Shown: positions 47,558-58,353 of the stretch, piece by piece | Layout of the letters: every line of letters begins with the position of its first letter | Numbering within the stretch: the first letter of the stretch is position 1 | DNA from: an uncultured Thermococci archaeon | GTDB taxonomy: Archaea; Methanobacteriota_B; Thermococci; Methanofastidiosales; B48-G16 | DNA length: 64,000 nucleotides | Direction: 5' to 3' | Assembly (NCBI GenBank): GCA_964595645.1 | Contig: CAZQQT010000009.1 | Coordinates: 1-64,000, forward strand | The notes under the pieces: model-generated | What the model saw: only the letters and a program-made list of their open reading frames with translations | Database searches by the model: none | Told to the model about the DNA's origin: nothing | Program-made: the position numbers and the translations under genes

Positions 47558-48284
47558 TAGATTCACCCTCCTCTCCATTCGACGATTTTTCGGACGTGTC
47601 TTTAGTGGGTTCTTCCTCTGATTTGTCTTTCACTACACCACTGGTTATTCCAATCCTCTTTACGTGTCGGTCCTGATAACTCATTTTATTGAGATTTCTC
47701 AAAGAGTTAAACACCGCTTTTGCTAAGTTAAGTGTCGTTTGTGTCTGTCCAAAGGCCTGTGACCAGATATCGGTAATTCCAGCGAGACTGAGCACCTTTC
47801 TTCCTACTTCACCTATCGCAAGACCCAGTCCACGAGGCGCAGGTAAAAGTGTGACCTCTACTGTTGAAGATTTGCCTGTGACCTTAAAAGGAATAGAGTG
47901 TGGCGTTCCACAGCCGCACTCCCATGAGCCGCATCCTCGTTTTATACTTATCAGATTCAGTTTCGCGATATCCATTGATTTCCTAATGGCGGTCCCCACC
48001 TCTCCAGCCTTGGCCTGTCCAAGGCCAACAATACCATTTTTGTTTCCTATAGCTGAGATTACATTAAACTTTACTCGTCTTCCTGAGTCGGTCATCCGCT
48101 GGACCATATTTATATCAAGAATTTCTTGGTTATCTCTGCTTGTAAGCTCAGGGAGCAGTTTGTCCACAATTTCTGATTCTTTGATATCGTATCCTCCTGA
48201 AATAATCTCTTCGATGCTTGTAATCTCACCCGCCTTTACCTTCCTTCCAAGGCTCGTCTTTGGTCTCCATTCACCATTGCTCAT
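47550..48284 (-). CDS. rps5: 30S ribosomal protein S5
   Basis: [22 protein letters not shown]. Confidence 0.97.
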   Translation of the reverse strand: MSNGEWRPKTSLGRKVKAGEITSIEEIISGGYDIKESEIVDKLLPELTSRDNQEILDINMVQRMTDSGRRVKFNVISAIGNKNGIVGLGQAKAGEVGTAIRKSMDIAKLNLISIKRGCGSWECGCGTPHSIPFKVTGKSSTVEVTLLPAPRGLGLAIGEVGRKVLSLAGITDIWSQAFGQTQTTLNLAKAVFNSLRNLNKMSYQDRHVKRIGITSGVVKDKSEEEPTKDTSEKSSNGEEGESNE

Positions 48285-48844
48285 ACAATCTCCTCGATTT
48301 TACTTTTAATCTCATCAAAATGATCGGGCAGCTCTTCAGGTTTTAATCCTCTTTCAAGGTACCCACCGAACTGCTGTGAGTACTTCTCCTCATCAAGATT
48401 TGATGCATACTCGGCGATATGTTCTCCACGCACTCTCGTATCATCGGGAAGTACCTTTTTATTATGTGGTACTTCAACTCCTGCATCTATCACTCCCTTG
48501 AGGGATGCAAAAATATTTGCTCCTTTGGTAGCAGAATTAAGTCCAATGTCCGGTACGATACCGTCCACCTCCTCCTTCTTCATCCTATATCCACAAAGAA
48601 GACCTGTCAAATAGGCAGCAGTACTATTCCCACAGTATCCCTTGTACCCAAACTTCTCAAGCTCCTTAGAGTGTGCGGAGACCACCACATGATCTCCCTC
48701 CTTTCTCGCTTCCACTACCTGAACACTCATATGACTCAGTGAGGGTCTGATTACTAGCCTATCCTTTCCTGACTTTATTAGCTTGTACCGTTGATCATAA
48801 TCCGTGATTCCCTTTCTTCTCCTTTTAAATACTTTTCTTCTCAT
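48281..48844 (-). CDS. rpl18: 50S ribosomal protein L18
   Basis: [19 protein letters not shown]. Confidence 0.96.
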   Translation of the reverse strand: MRRKVFKRRRKGITDYDQRYKLIKSGKDRLVIRPSLSHMSVQVVEARKEGDHVVVSAHSKELEKFGYKGYCGNSTAAYLTGLLCGYRMKKEEVDGIVPDIGLNSATKGANIFASLKGVIDAGVEVPHNKKVLPDDTRVRGEHIAEYASNLDEEKYSQQFGGYLERGLKPEELPDHFDEIKSKIEEIV

Positions 48845-48848
48845 TCGA

Positions 48849-49295
48849 TCACCGTTTCATATCATGTTCATTTATATAAGATTTCATATGGGCCACGCTT
48901 CTAAACGCCCCACTGCTTGCCATATTGTAAAGTTTTCGATAATTTCGACTATCAAGTTTTTCCTCTTTTTTTAATTCTTTAAGTTTTTTTCTCAAGGGTC
49001 TTATTTTATTTATCCACGCCCTTTTTTTGTTTAATCGAGCAGTTTTCTTTCCCTTTCTTTTTCCTTGACCTCTTCTTCTTCCCTTCTTTTTCTTTTCATG
49101 AAGAGTTCTTGCTCTTCCTCTACTCGTGGACTTTTTCGGCTTTTTCTTTATCACGTCGTCCTTTATCAGCCTTCTCACATCCCCTCGCGTGATTGCCATG
49201 GAGACTCTCTCCTCTTCTTTTGGGTCTATCCAAATCCTATTCTTTCCACATTCGAGGATGTCTGCTGCAAGTCTCTTCTGTACTTTTACGTCCAT
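48849..49295 (-). CDS. rpl19e: 50S ribosomal protein L19e
   Basis: QKRLAA, SRGRAR, GRRRGQGKRKG. Confidence 0.96.
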   Translation of the reverse strand: MDVKVQKRLAADILECGKNRIWIDPKEEERVSMAITRGDVRRLIKDDVIKKKPKKSTSRGRARTLHEKKKKGRRRGQGKRKGKKTARLNKKRAWINKIRPLRKKLKELKKEEKLDSRNYRKLYNMASSGAFRSVAHMKSYINEHDMKR

Positions 49296-49300
49296 AAATA

Positions 49301-49831
49301 TCACTCCTGAAGATCGATTTCTAGCTCTTCTGCTTTTTCCAGTACTTCTTCTCTCTCCTCATCTATTAATTTCTTTGAGATGATGAAACGTTCAATGTAA
49401 TCCCTAATTTCTAAGTTATCTTCCATGTCTTCAACATTACTTACCTTAACAAACTTTATTTTTGGATTTAATACTTTCAATCCCTTTTCCAGCGCCTTTT
49501 TGAGGACCTCAATTTTCTTTTTTGTTCCAATACTCCCTATTCTCACAACGACATCTTCGTCAATATCTTCAAGATCCTTCGGGGCGTGAACAAGCGCCTC
49601 CGGTGCACCACAGGGATGGTAATCTCGTACGTCCTTTGGTCCCCTGTAGCCTACTTTCACCACAGGAAGTCTCCCCTTAAGTTCTTTTCTCGTCTTTGAA
49701 GAATGTCCGCGGGGTCTTTTCCATTTTGCATTGCGTCCCAATCGTATATGCTTCCATGACTCCTGGCTCACAAAATTCGGTTTTTTTCTTTTTTTCTTCT
49801 CTCTGGCTCTCAATGAATCTTCCTTTGACAT
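49301..49831 (-). CDS. rpl32e: 50S ribosomal protein L32e with acidic C-terminal extension
   Basis: KKPNF, WKRPRG, GYRGP, HPCG; about 52 extra residues after KVLNP. Confidence 0.93.
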   Translation of the reverse strand: MSKEDSLRAREKKKRKKPNFVSQESWKHIRLGRNAKWKRPRGHSSKTRKELKGRLPVVKVGYRGPKDVRDYHPCGAPEALVHAPKDLEDIDEDVVVRIGSIGTKKKIEVLKKALEKGLKVLNPKIKFVKVSNVEDMEDNLEIRDYIERFIISKKLIDEEREEVLEKAEELEIDLQE

Positions 49832-49833
49832 TT

Positions 49834-50361
49834 TTATGCACCCTCAACGAGATAAATACCGTCCTGAAATACCCGTACATCTCTTTTGTTAATTCGGGTA
49901 GCCTGTTCTATATTTGCAGCTGTTTGACCTACTTCTTCTTTTTTTATCCCTTCTACGAGTATTGTATCTTTTTTCACTTTTACTGTCGTATCTCCAACAA
50001 TTTTTGCGTGTCGTGGATGGTTCTCACCCAAAAAGTTATTGATCACAACCCTATTTCCATCGACCTTCACATTCATTGGAAAGTGAGCATACACAATCTT
50101 TAATGTATATGTAAATCCCTCTGTTACTCCTGTGATCATATTGGCTATATGTGCTTTTGTCGTTCGTATCATCGCCATATCCCTCTTTCTCGTGGAAGAA
50201 GATGAGATTTCAAGTTTTCCATTTTTTTCTTTAATTTGTAGGGTTGGATGATTAAAGAGACGCCGCAATTCCCCGTTCTCACCCTTGACAATGATGGAAT
50301 CTCCTTCCCGTGTGAGTGTCACATTTTCTGGAATTTCAATTACTTCTATACTTACCGCCAT
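49834..50361 (-). CDS. rpl6: 50S ribosomal protein L6
   Basis: [19 protein letters not shown]. Confidence 0.96.
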   Translation of the reverse strand: MAVSIEVIEIPENVTLTREGDSIIVKGENGELRRLFNHPTLQIKEKNGKLEISSSSTRKRDMAMIRTTKAHIANMITGVTEGFTYTLKIVYAHFPMNVKVDGNRVVINNFLGENHPRHAKIVGDTTVKVKKDTILVEGIKKEEVGQTAANIEQATRINKRDVRVFQDGIYLVEGA

Positions 50362-50370
50362 CGATATCAC

Positions 50371-50757
50371 CTAGTATACATATGCTAACAGTCTCCCGCC
50401 AGTGCCGTCTTCATACGCATCCTTATGGCTCATGACGCCCCGCTGTGTCGATACGAGCAAGATACCAAAATCTCTTGCTGGCAAGAACCGTTTTTCCCAG
50501 TCTTCATACTCATCTTTTTTCACAGCTTGTCGCGGTTTTATCACGCCACATTTATTTATGTTTCCTACAAGTTCTATCTTAAACTTTCCAGATTTCCCAT
50601 CATCGATGAACTCAAAGGAACCAATATATCCATAATCCTGCATTATTTTCAGTATATTTCCAATCAATTTTGATGCCGGAACTGTAATTTCACTTTTTCT
50701 GGCGTCTTCATAATTTGTTATGCTGGATAACACATCTGCAAGTGGATCGCTTGACAT
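50371..50757 (-). CDS. rps8: 30S ribosomal protein S8
   Basis: [24 protein letters not shown]. Confidence 0.96.
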   Translation of the reverse strand: MSSDPLADVLSSITNYEDARKSEITVPASKLIGNILKIMQDYGYIGSFEFIDDGKSGKFKIELVGNINKCGVIKPRQAVKKDEYEDWEKRFLPARDFGILLVSTQRGVMSHKDAYEDGTGGRLLAYVY

Positions 50758-50767
50758 TCTCAACACC

Positions 50768-50905
50768 TCACGTATATTTTTTGAACCCTAGCTTCGGTGC
50801 CACTTCTCTAAAGCAGCGCCGGCAGAGATATAATCCGTATTTTCGTATCACAGCCTCATGGCTGCCACATCTCCTGCATTTTACGTTATGTTTCTTTTCA
50901 CTCAT
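50768..50905 (-). CDS. rps14: 30S ribosomal protein S14, Zn-binding, 45 aa (not in ORF track)
   Basis: [45 protein letters not shown]. Confidence 0.95.
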   Translation of the reverse strand: MSEKKHNVKCRRCGSHEAVIRKYGLYLCRRCFREVAPKLGFKKYT

Positions 50906-51407
50906 TAATCTTCACCTTAAACTTTTTTTTGACGAAATTTATTCCCTCTTGTTTTGTTATTCTGTGATTTGGAGAAATTTTTCTCTGCTGGATCCTTCTT
51001 CTCTTGATTCTATATCCGGGCCTTTCAAGTGCCACGCAGACATCCATGCCAAAAATACCTACTTTGGGGTCGTAGGTTACACCAGGAAGATCAATATGTT
51101 CATTAATGCCGAATGAGAAATTACCATACTCATCAAAATTACGTGAGTTTATCTCACTCTCTACCGCCTCAAAAGCATCTTCTAAAAATTTATGAGCTTT
51201 TTTACCACGCAACGTCACCTTTGCTGCAATGGGGAGATCTTTTCTAATGTTGAAGTCCTTGTTAGTCTGTTTCGCCTTCCGCTTCATTGGTTTTTGGTTT
51301 GTGAGTTCTTCTAGGAGAGAAATCGCTTTAGTGAGTCGTTCTCCCGACTCTCCCAAACACATATTCACGACTACCTTGTGAATTCTCGGCTCTTCCATCT
51401 CATGCAT
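50898..51407 (-). CDS. rpl5: 50S ribosomal protein L5
   Basis: KVVVN, KVTLRG, FSFGI, RPGYR. Confidence 0.96.
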   Translation of the reverse strand: MHEMEEPRIHKVVVNMCLGESGERLTKAISLLEELTNQKPMKRKAKQTNKDFNIRKDLPIAAKVTLRGKKAHKFLEDAFEAVESEINSRNFDEYGNFSFGINEHIDLPGVTYDPKVGIFGMDVCVALERPGYRIKRRRIQQRKISPNHRITKQEGINFVKKKFKVKINE

Positions 51408-52130
51408 TTATATCTCCTCCGGTAGTGAAATGAGAGGGCTTTTTTTGCCAACAACGTAAACGTAATCTCTCAATGTTTTAAACTTCTCGTGTTCGCTCTG
51501 CAGGATAACTGTTGTCTCTTTTCCCTCTTCTACTTCAATTTCAACGATTTTTCCAGTTTTGGAAACATTATTCCCATCTATTGCTAGGCCCAGCACGCCC
51601 TTTTTGAACGGGACATGCTCTTTTATCTTCTTTTTACTTAGATCATACAGTACAGTATCGTGAACGTTATACGTATTATCTGCCAGTATATTTGTCCCAT
51701 CGTGGAGGTTCAACTGAATCGATCCTCCTTTTAAGATTTGTTTGCCAGCGATGTTGAAAAGTTTGAGATCCTTTTCCTTCTTCTTTATCCCATAAGGGTA
51801 AAGTTCTCCTTTTCTATTGGGAAGGATCCTATAGTACTCTTCTGTTTTTGGTATTTCTACAATATCCATCACGCCAAGGGGAATCCTTTCTTCCTTTATT
51901 GTTTTTCCGTCTACAAGAACCAATCCATTATTTAAGATCATTTTTGCCTCTTTTCTCGTCTTTGCGTATCCAAGATAGTCTCGTAGGATAAAAAGTAACG
52001 GAATCGATGTTGTACCTGAATGTGGGCCTGGTTTTGGCTTTATTGTCCACGTCTTTTCCTTCCTAGGTATTCCCCATGTCTTTGGGGCCTTTGATCGTTT
52101 CATGCTCTTACTTTCTCCATACTTGGTCAT
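51408..52130 (-). CDS. rps4e: 30S ribosomal protein S4e
   Basis: PKPGPH, LRDYLGYA, QLNLHDG. Confidence 0.96.
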   Translation of the reverse strand: MTKYGESKSMKRSKAPKTWGIPRKEKTWTIKPKPGPHSGTTSIPLLFILRDYLGYAKTRKEAKMILNNGLVLVDGKTIKEERIPLGVMDIVEIPKTEEYYRILPNRKGELYPYGIKKKEKDLKLFNIAGKQILKGGSIQLNLHDGTNILADNTYNVHDTVLYDLSKKKIKEHVPFKKGVLGLAIDGNNVSKTGKIVEIEVEEGKETTVILQSEHEKFKTLRDYVYVVGKKSPLISLPEEI

Positions 52131-52483
52131 AGTCCTCTCCTCTCTACGAGTTCTCTTCTTTCGTCATCCCCAAGATCCATTTCAATTATCTCGAGATTGG
52201 ATGGGTGGAACGGTATGTTTACCTCTGAACCATCTGTCTTCTCTGCTGTTACATCTTCAATGAATACTCTACTATTCTTTAGGTCTACTTTCATGACCTC
52301 ACCTTCTGAGTAAATATAATCTCCTCTCAGCACCCTTACCTTGTCTCCTTTTCGTATCGGTACATTTCTTATACCATATTCTTCTCGCAGATCAGCTGAG
52401 AGATGTGCTGACATAAATTTTTGTTTTTTATGTAAAGGTGCACCAAGTTGTCTCTTCCTCTGCTTTTTTTTCTTCTTTGTCAT
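52127..52483 (-). CDS. rpl24: 50S ribosomal protein L24
   Basis: IRKGDKVRVLRG, HPSN. Confidence 0.96.
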   Translation of the reverse strand: MTKKKKKQRKRQLGAPLHKKQKFMSAHLSADLREEYGIRNVPIRKGDKVRVLRGDYIYSEGEVMKVDLKNSRVFIEDVTAEKTDGSEVNIPFHPSNLEIIEMDLGDDERRELVERRGL

Positions 52484-52493
52484 ATAATCATCC

Positions 52494-52919
52494 TCATAGT
52501 ATCATGCTTGCGATTCCAGATAGTCGTACCCACCGTTCAGCGGCCTCCTTGGCCATTGGGCCTTTTATTTCCGAGCCCCTAGGCATCCCATCGGGTGTGA
52601 CCAGAACGGCTGCATTGTCCTCAAATTTCACTCGCATTCCATCGAGTCTCTTGTACTCTTTCCTTTGTCGTATAATAATGGCATTGACAACTGTCTTTCG
52701 GACATCCGGTTTTCCTTTTTTTACCGATGCCATTACCATGTCCCCAATCCCAGCGGACGCATGTCTTCGTAGTGTCCCTTTGTATCGCGAGACAGAAATA
52801 ATCTCAAGTTCTTTCGCACCTGTATTGTCTGCACAGATCAGTCTGGAGCCTGTAGATAGTGACCGTGTCGGTCGTACAGGAGATTTGCCTCGTGTCGCTC
52901 CTGCTCCTTTCTTTGGCAT
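52494..52919 (-). CDS. rpl14: 50S ribosomal protein L14
   Basis: [15 protein letters not shown]. Confidence 0.97.
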   Translation of the reverse strand: MPKKGAGATRGKSPVRPTRSLSTGSRLICADNTGAKELEIISVSRYKGTLRRHASAGIGDMVMASVKKGKPDVRKTVVNAIIIRQRKEYKRLDGMRVKFEDNAAVLVTPDGMPRGSEIKGPMAKEAAERWVRLSGIASMIL

Positions 52920-53200
52920 TAGATCACCTCAACTACAACGAAACTTTTTGTTTTGCTTATTGGTCTACATTCTGCAATTCTCACACTGTCACCTACCTTC
53001 GCACCGACACATGGTGGGTTATGAGCAGTGATCTTTGAAGTCTTCTTCGCGAACCTCTCATACTTCGGGAAAGGTTCTAAAAACTCTCTTTCTACCACTA
53101 TGCTTTTGCGCATTTTGTCGCTTACCACAATGCCTTTGAATATTCTTCCACGAGTTTTAAGTGTCCCGTGGAAAGGACAATTTTTATCATCGCATTCCAT
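52919..53200 (-). CDS. rps17: 30S ribosomal protein S17
   Basis: [20 protein letters not shown]. Confidence 0.97.
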   Translation of the reverse strand: MECDDKNCPFHGTLKTRGRIFKGIVVSDKMRKSIVVEREFLEPFPKYERFAKKTSKITAHNPPCVGAKVGDSVRIAECRPISKTKSFVVVEVI

Positions 53201-53205
53201 TCATT

Positions 53206-53427
53206 TCACCCTTTTATTCTATTTTCAGGTCTTCCGATTATATCTTCTCCATCTACTACAGTTCCATCATCCAGCTTAATGATAACATCCTTTTTTATGA
53301 GTTTTTTTCCAGTATCGAGGATCAGCATATTTTTTGTTTCATCGATCACGGTACCAGCAATGCCGAGGCATGCCCTATTCGAACTCTTTATTACCTGGAT
53401 CTTCCTGCCGATGAGCTCTCTCCTCAT
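53206..53427 (-). CDS. rnp1: RNase P protein Rpp29/POP4
   Basis: [21 protein letters not shown]; conserved position. Confidence 0.9.
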   Translation of the reverse strand: MRRELIGRKIQVIKSSNRACLGIAGTVIDETKNMLILDTGKKLIKKDVIIKLDDGTVVDGEDIIGRPENRIKG

Positions 53428-53726
53428 GTGATCATGTCTTCACTGTATCCCATGTCAATGAGTATTTTTTTCACTTTTTCAGTGTGATCTCCCTGTAACT
53501 CAATTTTTCCATCTTTTACCGTTCCGCCGCAAGCACATTTCGATTTCAGCGTTGTTGACAGCTCGTCAAGCTCTATATCATCGCTACTAATGCCTTTGAT
53601 GACAGTCATCGTCTTCCCAAATCGGCGGCGGGAGGTATAGATTTCTATTTTTTGTTCCGGCTTCGCAATGTCCTCGCACACACAGAGCTCCTTCGGCAAT
53701 CCACATTTTGGACATATCTCTGGCAT
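53424..53726 (-). CDS. SUI1/aIF1 translation initiation factor
   Basis: [26 protein letters not shown]; start refined to ATG 53726. Confidence 0.95.
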   Translation of the reverse strand: MPEICPKCGLPKELCVCEDIAKPEQKIEIYTSRRRFGKTMTVIKGISSDDIELDELSTTLKSKCACGGTVKDGKIELQGDHTEKVKKILIDMGYSEDMIT

Positions 53727-53932
53727 TACTCCATCCTCTCTTTTTCGTCTAGTAGTGTGTTTATTCGTGCGATAGTTCTCCGTAGTTCTCCAATCCTTCC
53801 AGGATTTTCGGGCGCACTGCCCAGGGCACACATCGCCTTCTCTCTAGAGAACTCAGATTTCAGTTCGCCGAGTTTCTCGTACATCTCCTCGACACTCATC
53901 TCTCTGATTTCTTCCTTTCTTAATATAGCCAT
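53726..53932 (-). CDS. rpl29: 50S ribosomal protein L29
   Basis: [20 protein letters not shown]. Confidence 0.95.
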   Translation of the reverse strand: MAILRKEEIREMSVEEMYEKLGELKSEFSREKAMCALGSAPENPGRIGELRRTIARINTLLDEKERME

Positions 53933-53933
53933 T

Positions 53934-54620
53934 CTACTCCTCCTTGGCTTTTTCATTCTCTTCCTCATTCTCACTCTTTTCTTCTTTTATTTCTTTTTTA
54001 ACTTCCTTTTCTTCCTTATCTTCTTTCTTATTAAAGATCGTGATTTCATCAGGTAATGTAACATCTGGAGGCATGACTTTCACAGTGACACCCAGCACGC
54101 CAAGCTTAACCTTCGCTGCTGCATATCCTTCGTCCACAAGTTTCTGAGCCGGCTCTCCACATTTTTTGAGATATCCTGTGGTGAATCTCACGGTTCGAGA
54201 TCGCTGTCCTGTGAGTTTACCAGAGATGACTATTTCAGCTCCCTTGGCACCCGCGTCCATGATCCTTCTCAGTACCTTGTATGCCGTCCTTCTATAATGG
54301 TATCCTCTCTCAAGATCGGACGCGGTCCTGTGAGCCATCACATGCGCATTCAATTCCGGTCTTTCTATCTCCTCTACTTCAATCTGGGGATTCTCAAGGG
54401 AGAACTTTTCTTCGAGTTCATCTGTGAGTTGTCGTACTGCTCTGCCTCTTCTTCCGATCGCAAGACCAGGAGTCTCTACATTTACTATTATTCTTGTCCC
54501 AAGCGGACCTCTTTTTATTTCCGCTCCTCCAAATCCTGCTCTCTCCAATTTATCAGCTAAAAACTCTTCAATGGATGTGTTTTTAAGATTTTCCTCTATG
54601 ATCTTCCGTTCAAGCACCAT
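53934..54620 (-). CDS. rps3: 30S ribosomal protein S3
   Basis: PGLAIGRRG, GAEIVISGKL. Confidence 0.97.
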   Translation of the reverse strand: MVLERKIIEENLKNTSIEEFLADKLERAGFGGAEIKRGPLGTRIIVNVETPGLAIGRRGRAVRQLTDELEEKFSLENPQIEVEEIERPELNAHVMAHRTASDLERGYHYRRTAYKVLRRIMDAGAKGAEIVISGKLTGQRSRTVRFTTGYLKKCGEPAQKLVDEGYAAAKVKLGVLGVTVKVMPPDVTLPDEITIFNKKEDKEEKEVKKEIKEEKSENEEENEKAKEE

Positions 54621-55072
54621 TATGACTCCTCCACTACAAGTTCTATATTTGTCGTATTTTTGTTAAAATCCGTTGCTCTACCGTATGCTCTGGGGATTAT
54701 TCCGGGAATTGTAATGCCTTTATACGCAGAAAGATGAACTATCCTCAATTTCCCTGGATCGAGTCCTTTATACTCTGCATTTGCCTCAACTTCCTCCAAA
54801 AGTTTTAGAATTCTTTTGGAAGCTTTTACTGGATATCTCCCTGTATCCCACTTATCAACATTTTTTCTATGCCCTATTTTTTTCCTGTGCTTTTTGAAAG
54901 GTATGGCTTTTTTCTTTTCGATCACTTCATCTAGGTAGTTCTTGGCCTTGCTCAGCTTTTTCCCTCTAAGTTCTCTGCAGATTTCTACTGAGTGTTTTGG
55001 AGAGATTCTGAGATTCCTTCCAAATGCCTTCGCAATCTTCATTTCATCCTCAAACTCGACAGAAAACCCCAT
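54620..55072 (-). CDS. rpl22: 50S ribosomal protein L22
   Basis: ISPKH, GRYPVK, PRAYGRA. Confidence 0.96.
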   Translation of the reverse strand: MGFSVEFEDEMKIAKAFGRNLRISPKHSVEICRELRGKKLSKAKNYLDEVIEKKKAIPFKKHRKKIGHRKNVDKWDTGRYPVKASKRILKLLEEVEANAEYKGLDPGKLRIVHLSAYKGITIPGIIPRAYGRATDFNKNTTNIELVVEES

Positions 55073-55076
55073 CAGA

Positions 55077-55475
55077 TCACCTCAGTGGTACGTACAGTGA
55101 TGTCTTCGTTGCCCCAACTCCTGGAGCCGAATGTTTCACTCTCTGTCTCGTCAGTGCAAACTCACCGATATAATGGCCTATCATCTCGGGTTTTATTTCC
55201 AGTGTTTTAAACCCGTTGCCCTTGTAAATACCGATCTTCAGACCTACCATCTCAGGTAAAACTATCATGTCCCTGCAGTGGGTTTTCAAGATCTCGTCAT
55301 TTGATGATTTTTTCATTTCTCGTACCCGTTCCAAAAACTTCTTTTGTTGCTCTGTGAAACCTCTCTTCAGTGATCGTCGTTTTCTGGAAGGAAGTAACGA
55401 CATAAAGTCATCTATCGACATTTTTTCAAGCTCGTTCATTGAATAACCACGATACGTAAAGTCTTTTTTTGCCAT
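55077..55475 (-). CDS. rps19: 30S ribosomal protein S19
   Basis: KTHCRDM, MIGHYIGEF. Confidence 0.97.
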   Translation of the reverse strand: MAKKDFTYRGYSMNELEKMSIDDFMSLLPSRKRRSLKRGFTEQQKKFLERVREMKKSSNDEILKTHCRDMIVLPEMVGLKIGIYKGNGFKTLEIKPEMIGHYIGEFALTRQRVKHSAPGVGATKTSLYVPLR

Positions 55476-55476
55476 A

Positions 55477-56184
55477 TTATTTCCTCCTTCCAGTTCTTCG
55501 TGCAGCGATAAGACCTACTTTTCTTCCAGGCGGTGTATTTCTAGAGACAGTGGCAGGTCTTCCAATATGCTGATGACCTCCTCCACCAAAGGGATGATCA
55601 ACAGCGTTCATCGCCACGCCTGAAACTCTCAGATGTTTCCCTGCTTTACTCTTATACATATAATATTTCTTTCCTGATTTTATAATGGGTTTCTCTTTTC
55701 GCCCGCCACCTGCGACAATGCCAATTGTGGCCTTACAATTTGATTTGAAAGGTCTTATTATACCTGAAGGCATTTGAATGACGCACTTATCCTCCTCTTT
55801 GGAGAGTAGCACAGCAAATGCTCCGGAAGATCGTATAAGTTTGCCTCCATCTCCGGGGACCGTTTCAAGGTTGTGAATATAAGTACCTTCAGGGATATTT
55901 TTTAAAGGAAGCCTATTTCCTATCTTCAACGGCACATCTTCACCTATATATATCTCTTGTCCAGTTTTTATAGACTCAGGAGCAAGTATAAATCTTCCTT
56001 CTCCATTTTCAAACAGTACCTTTGCAAGAGGAGCAGATCTTGCGGGATCGAAGAGTATATCAACAACCTCACCTTTGAGCACGCCCTCCGTTTTTGGATA
56101 TTTAGCCTTGTATTTGTATCTATGAGAGGGTGCCTTGTATATATCACTTCGGCCTTTTCGTTGAGCTCGTATTCGTTTCCCCAT
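55477..56184 (-). CDS. rpl2: 50S ribosomal protein L2
   Basis: MGKRIRAQR, AMNAVDHPFGGG. Confidence 0.97.
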   Translation of the reverse strand: MGKRIRAQRKGRSDIYKAPSHRYKYKAKYPKTEGVLKGEVVDILFDPARSAPLAKVLFENGEGRFILAPESIKTGQEIYIGEDVPLKIGNRLPLKNIPEGTYIHNLETVPGDGGKLIRSSGAFAVLLSKEEDKCVIQMPSGIIRPFKSNCKATIGIVAGGGRKEKPIIKSGKKYYMYKSKAGKHLRVSGVAMNAVDHPFGGGGHQHIGRPATVSRNTPPGRKVGLIAARRTGRRK

Positions 56185-56445
56185 TTAGAACACCCCTATC
56201 TTTGTTGCAACTTCATCTGCAAGATACTCTTCCTTCAATCTCACATAGACCTTTTTTCGTCCATCTGGAAGAATAAGAGTATTTATATCAGCTATTTCTA
56301 CTTCGTACAACTCTTCTATCGCCCTTTTTATTTCCTGTTTTTCTGCTGTTCTTCTCACTATAAATGTAAGTTTGTTCTCCTCTTCCATTATTGTCACATT
56401 CTTTTCTGTGATAAGAGGATACATGATCACATCGTACGGATCCAT
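56185..56445 (-). CDS. rpl23: 50S ribosomal protein L23
   Basis: PLITEK, NKLTFIV, KKVYVRL. Confidence 0.96.
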   Translation of the reverse strand: MDPYDVIMYPLITEKNVTIMEEENKLTFIVRRTAEKQEIKRAIEELYEVEIADINTLILPDGRKKVYVRLKEEYLADEVATKIGVF

Positions 56446-56447
56446 CG

Positions 56448-57221
56448 TTATACACCTCCAAACAGAGAGTCTAATTCTTCAATGGCGGATCGTGTCCAGA
56501 TCACAAGACGTCCAGGATGTGCTCCCGGCGCAAGATCTTCCGCTCCGAGATTTTTGACTTGGACAATATCCACGCCTGGATGATTTCGTGCTCCATACAC
56601 AATTCCCAAATTCTTAGATATTACAATTAAAAGGCTTTTTTTCTTTTTGTATTTCCTTCCCCTCATCGTTCCTTTGCCTGCACGGATTTTTTTCTTCTTA
56701 GCTCGTAAAATATCATCCCATACACCCAAAGATTTGAATATCTCTCTCGTTTCTGCTGTTTTCTTTATCTCTTCGAACTCATCCTCCACCACAAGTGGAA
56801 GTTCTTTTACACCATTTACCCGGTGACCTCGGGAAGTTACTGCCTCCTTATCTGAGGTAAAGGCAATGGCAGAAGCAATAGCACGTTTTCTCTCCTTCTT
56901 GTTTATCTTCTCTTTGTAGTTTTTATCTGCCTGGGGAGGGAACGCTCTCCTTCCACCAACGACGTTTGTGGCGAAGGCTGCCCGTCGAGGGCCAGATTTC
57001 ATTCGGGGTACCCGGGAGATACCTCTGTTTTTTCCAGGTGATTCGGCAGAAGTTCGTTTCCCGGCACCCACATACGTTCCATATGGCTGGACTCTATGGG
57101 TAATACTCGCTAATACAGCTCTTTTTATTAAATCTTCCCTCTTTATTGTATTAAAAACTTTTGGAAGCTCAATATGATCGGCGATCTCGCCCTCTAATGA
57201 ATACACGTTAACTTCAGACAT
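56448..57221 (-). CDS. rpl4: 50S ribosomal protein L4
   Basis: [19 protein letters not shown]. Confidence 0.97.
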   Translation of the reverse strand: MSEVNVYSLEGEIADHIELPKVFNTIKREDLIKRAVLASITHRVQPYGTYVGAGKRTSAESPGKNRGISRVPRMKSGPRRAAFATNVVGGRRAFPPQADKNYKEKINKKERKRAIASAIAFTSDKEAVTSRGHRVNGVKELPLVVEDEFEEIKKTAETREIFKSLGVWDDILRAKKKKIRAGKGTMRGRKYKKKKSLLIVISKNLGIVYGARNHPGVDIVQVKNLGAEDLAPGAHPGRLVIWTRSAIEELDSLFGGV

Positions 57222-58193
57222 TTAGACACCTTGTTGAGATTTTGTAGAAACGTAAGTGACTTGAGGAGCGCCCTCGGGGGCATGCGTAGGTTTTCGTATG
57301 CCTTCTCTCATTCTCACCAATCGTTTTTTACTGCCCGGTACACTTCCCTTCACCATGGCATAATCATTCTTCAACACCCCATAGTTCACGAACCCCCCTT
57401 CTGGTGTAATATCCTCAGAATCGATCTTTAAAATCCGTTTATTGTACTCCGTCCGTTTCTGATAGCCCATCTGCCCAGCCATAGGCACGGTCCACATTGT
57501 TCTCCTCGGTTTCCATGGACCGATGCTTCCCACATGCCGTCGTGCATCGTTCGTTTTTCGACTCTGGATCTTGATGCCCCATCGTTTTACCTGTCCTTGG
57601 AATCCCTTTCCTTTCGTCACAGCGATCACATCGATATAATCTCCGTCCTCAAAAACGTCTCTGATCCCAATTTCTTTTCCGAAAATATCCATGCAATACT
57701 CGATTTTCTCATCCGTTGTTTTTCCACCTACACCTATTTCCAGTATCTCCGGTTTTTTCTTGATACCTGCTCTTCGCGGTATACTCACTGCAATAACTCT
57801 CACATCGTCTGGTTCCAGTGCATCGATATCAACATCTTCTTTGTTCTTTGGAATACAGAGTTTTCTTTCCATATCTTCTTTTGGTTCTGCCCATATCTCC
57901 GTCAGCGGTTGTCCGTCCTTATAAAAACGAACACCTGTGATATATACGGGAGGAGTCTCTATTATTGTCACCGGGACCTGTAGTTCCTTCCCCTTTGTGA
58001 TCGCATGCGTTCTATCATCTACCTTAAACACGTGTGTCATTCCAGCTTTGTATCCTGGGAAGTCCAGGAGCTTGCACTCGTCAATCTTTGGCCAACTCCG
58101 TACACTAGGATAGATTCTCTTTGCCCTTTTTCTGGGACTGTAAGCGAGTGATCCTCTTCGAGGCCGATGGCCTTTTCCACTAGATGTACCCAT
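57222..58193 (-). CDS. rpl3: 50S ribosomal protein L3
   Basis: PRRGSL, YKAGMTH, TKGKGFQG, AGQMG; SD GGAGGT before ATG 58193. Confidence 0.97.
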   Translation of the reverse strand: MGTSSGKGHRPRRGSLAYSPRKRAKRIYPSVRSWPKIDECKLLDFPGYKAGMTHVFKVDDRTHAITKGKELQVPVTIIETPPVYITGVRFYKDGQPLTEIWAEPKEDMERKLCIPKNKEDVDIDALEPDDVRVIAVSIPRRAGIKKKPEILEIGVGGKTTDEKIEYCMDIFGKEIGIRDVFEDGDYIDVIAVTKGKGFQGQVKRWGIKIQSRKTNDARRHVGSIGPWKPRRTMWTVPMAGQMGYQKRTEYNKRILKIDSEDITPEGGFVNYGVLKNDYAMVKGSVPGSKKRLVRMREGIRKPTHAPEGAPQVTYVSTKSQQGV

Positions 58194-58296
58194 AACGCTA
58201 ACCTCCATTAAGTTGGAAAAATGGTGAATGATGCCTCTCTTGCATCATTCTTCTATAATCTTATGTATTAGCTTCATATGCTTCTTATTACTCAGC
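58194..58296 (-). promoter_or_regulatory. Structured 5' leader of the ribosomal operon (candidate r-leader)
   Basis: 9-bp hairpin at 58226-58250 enclosed by AAAATGG/CCATTTT pairing. Confidence 0.5.
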
Positions 58297-58310
58297 CATT
58301 TTACCCTTTC

Positions 58311-58334
58311 CATAGGGGCTTTAAATACCTTTCG
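58311..58334 (-). promoter_or_regulatory. BRE-TATA promoter of the ribosomal superoperon
   Basis: CGAAAGG-TATTTAAA-GCCCCTATG. Confidence 0.75.
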
Positions 58335-58353
58335 TTTGCATCTCTTTATAAAT

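Noticed and set aside
53727-53831. N-terminal extension on SUI1 (also the ORF-track starts of sfsA, ogg, 33120 and 62433)
   Set aside because: Longest-ORF artefacts; downstream starts fit SD sites, gene overlaps or family N-termini better
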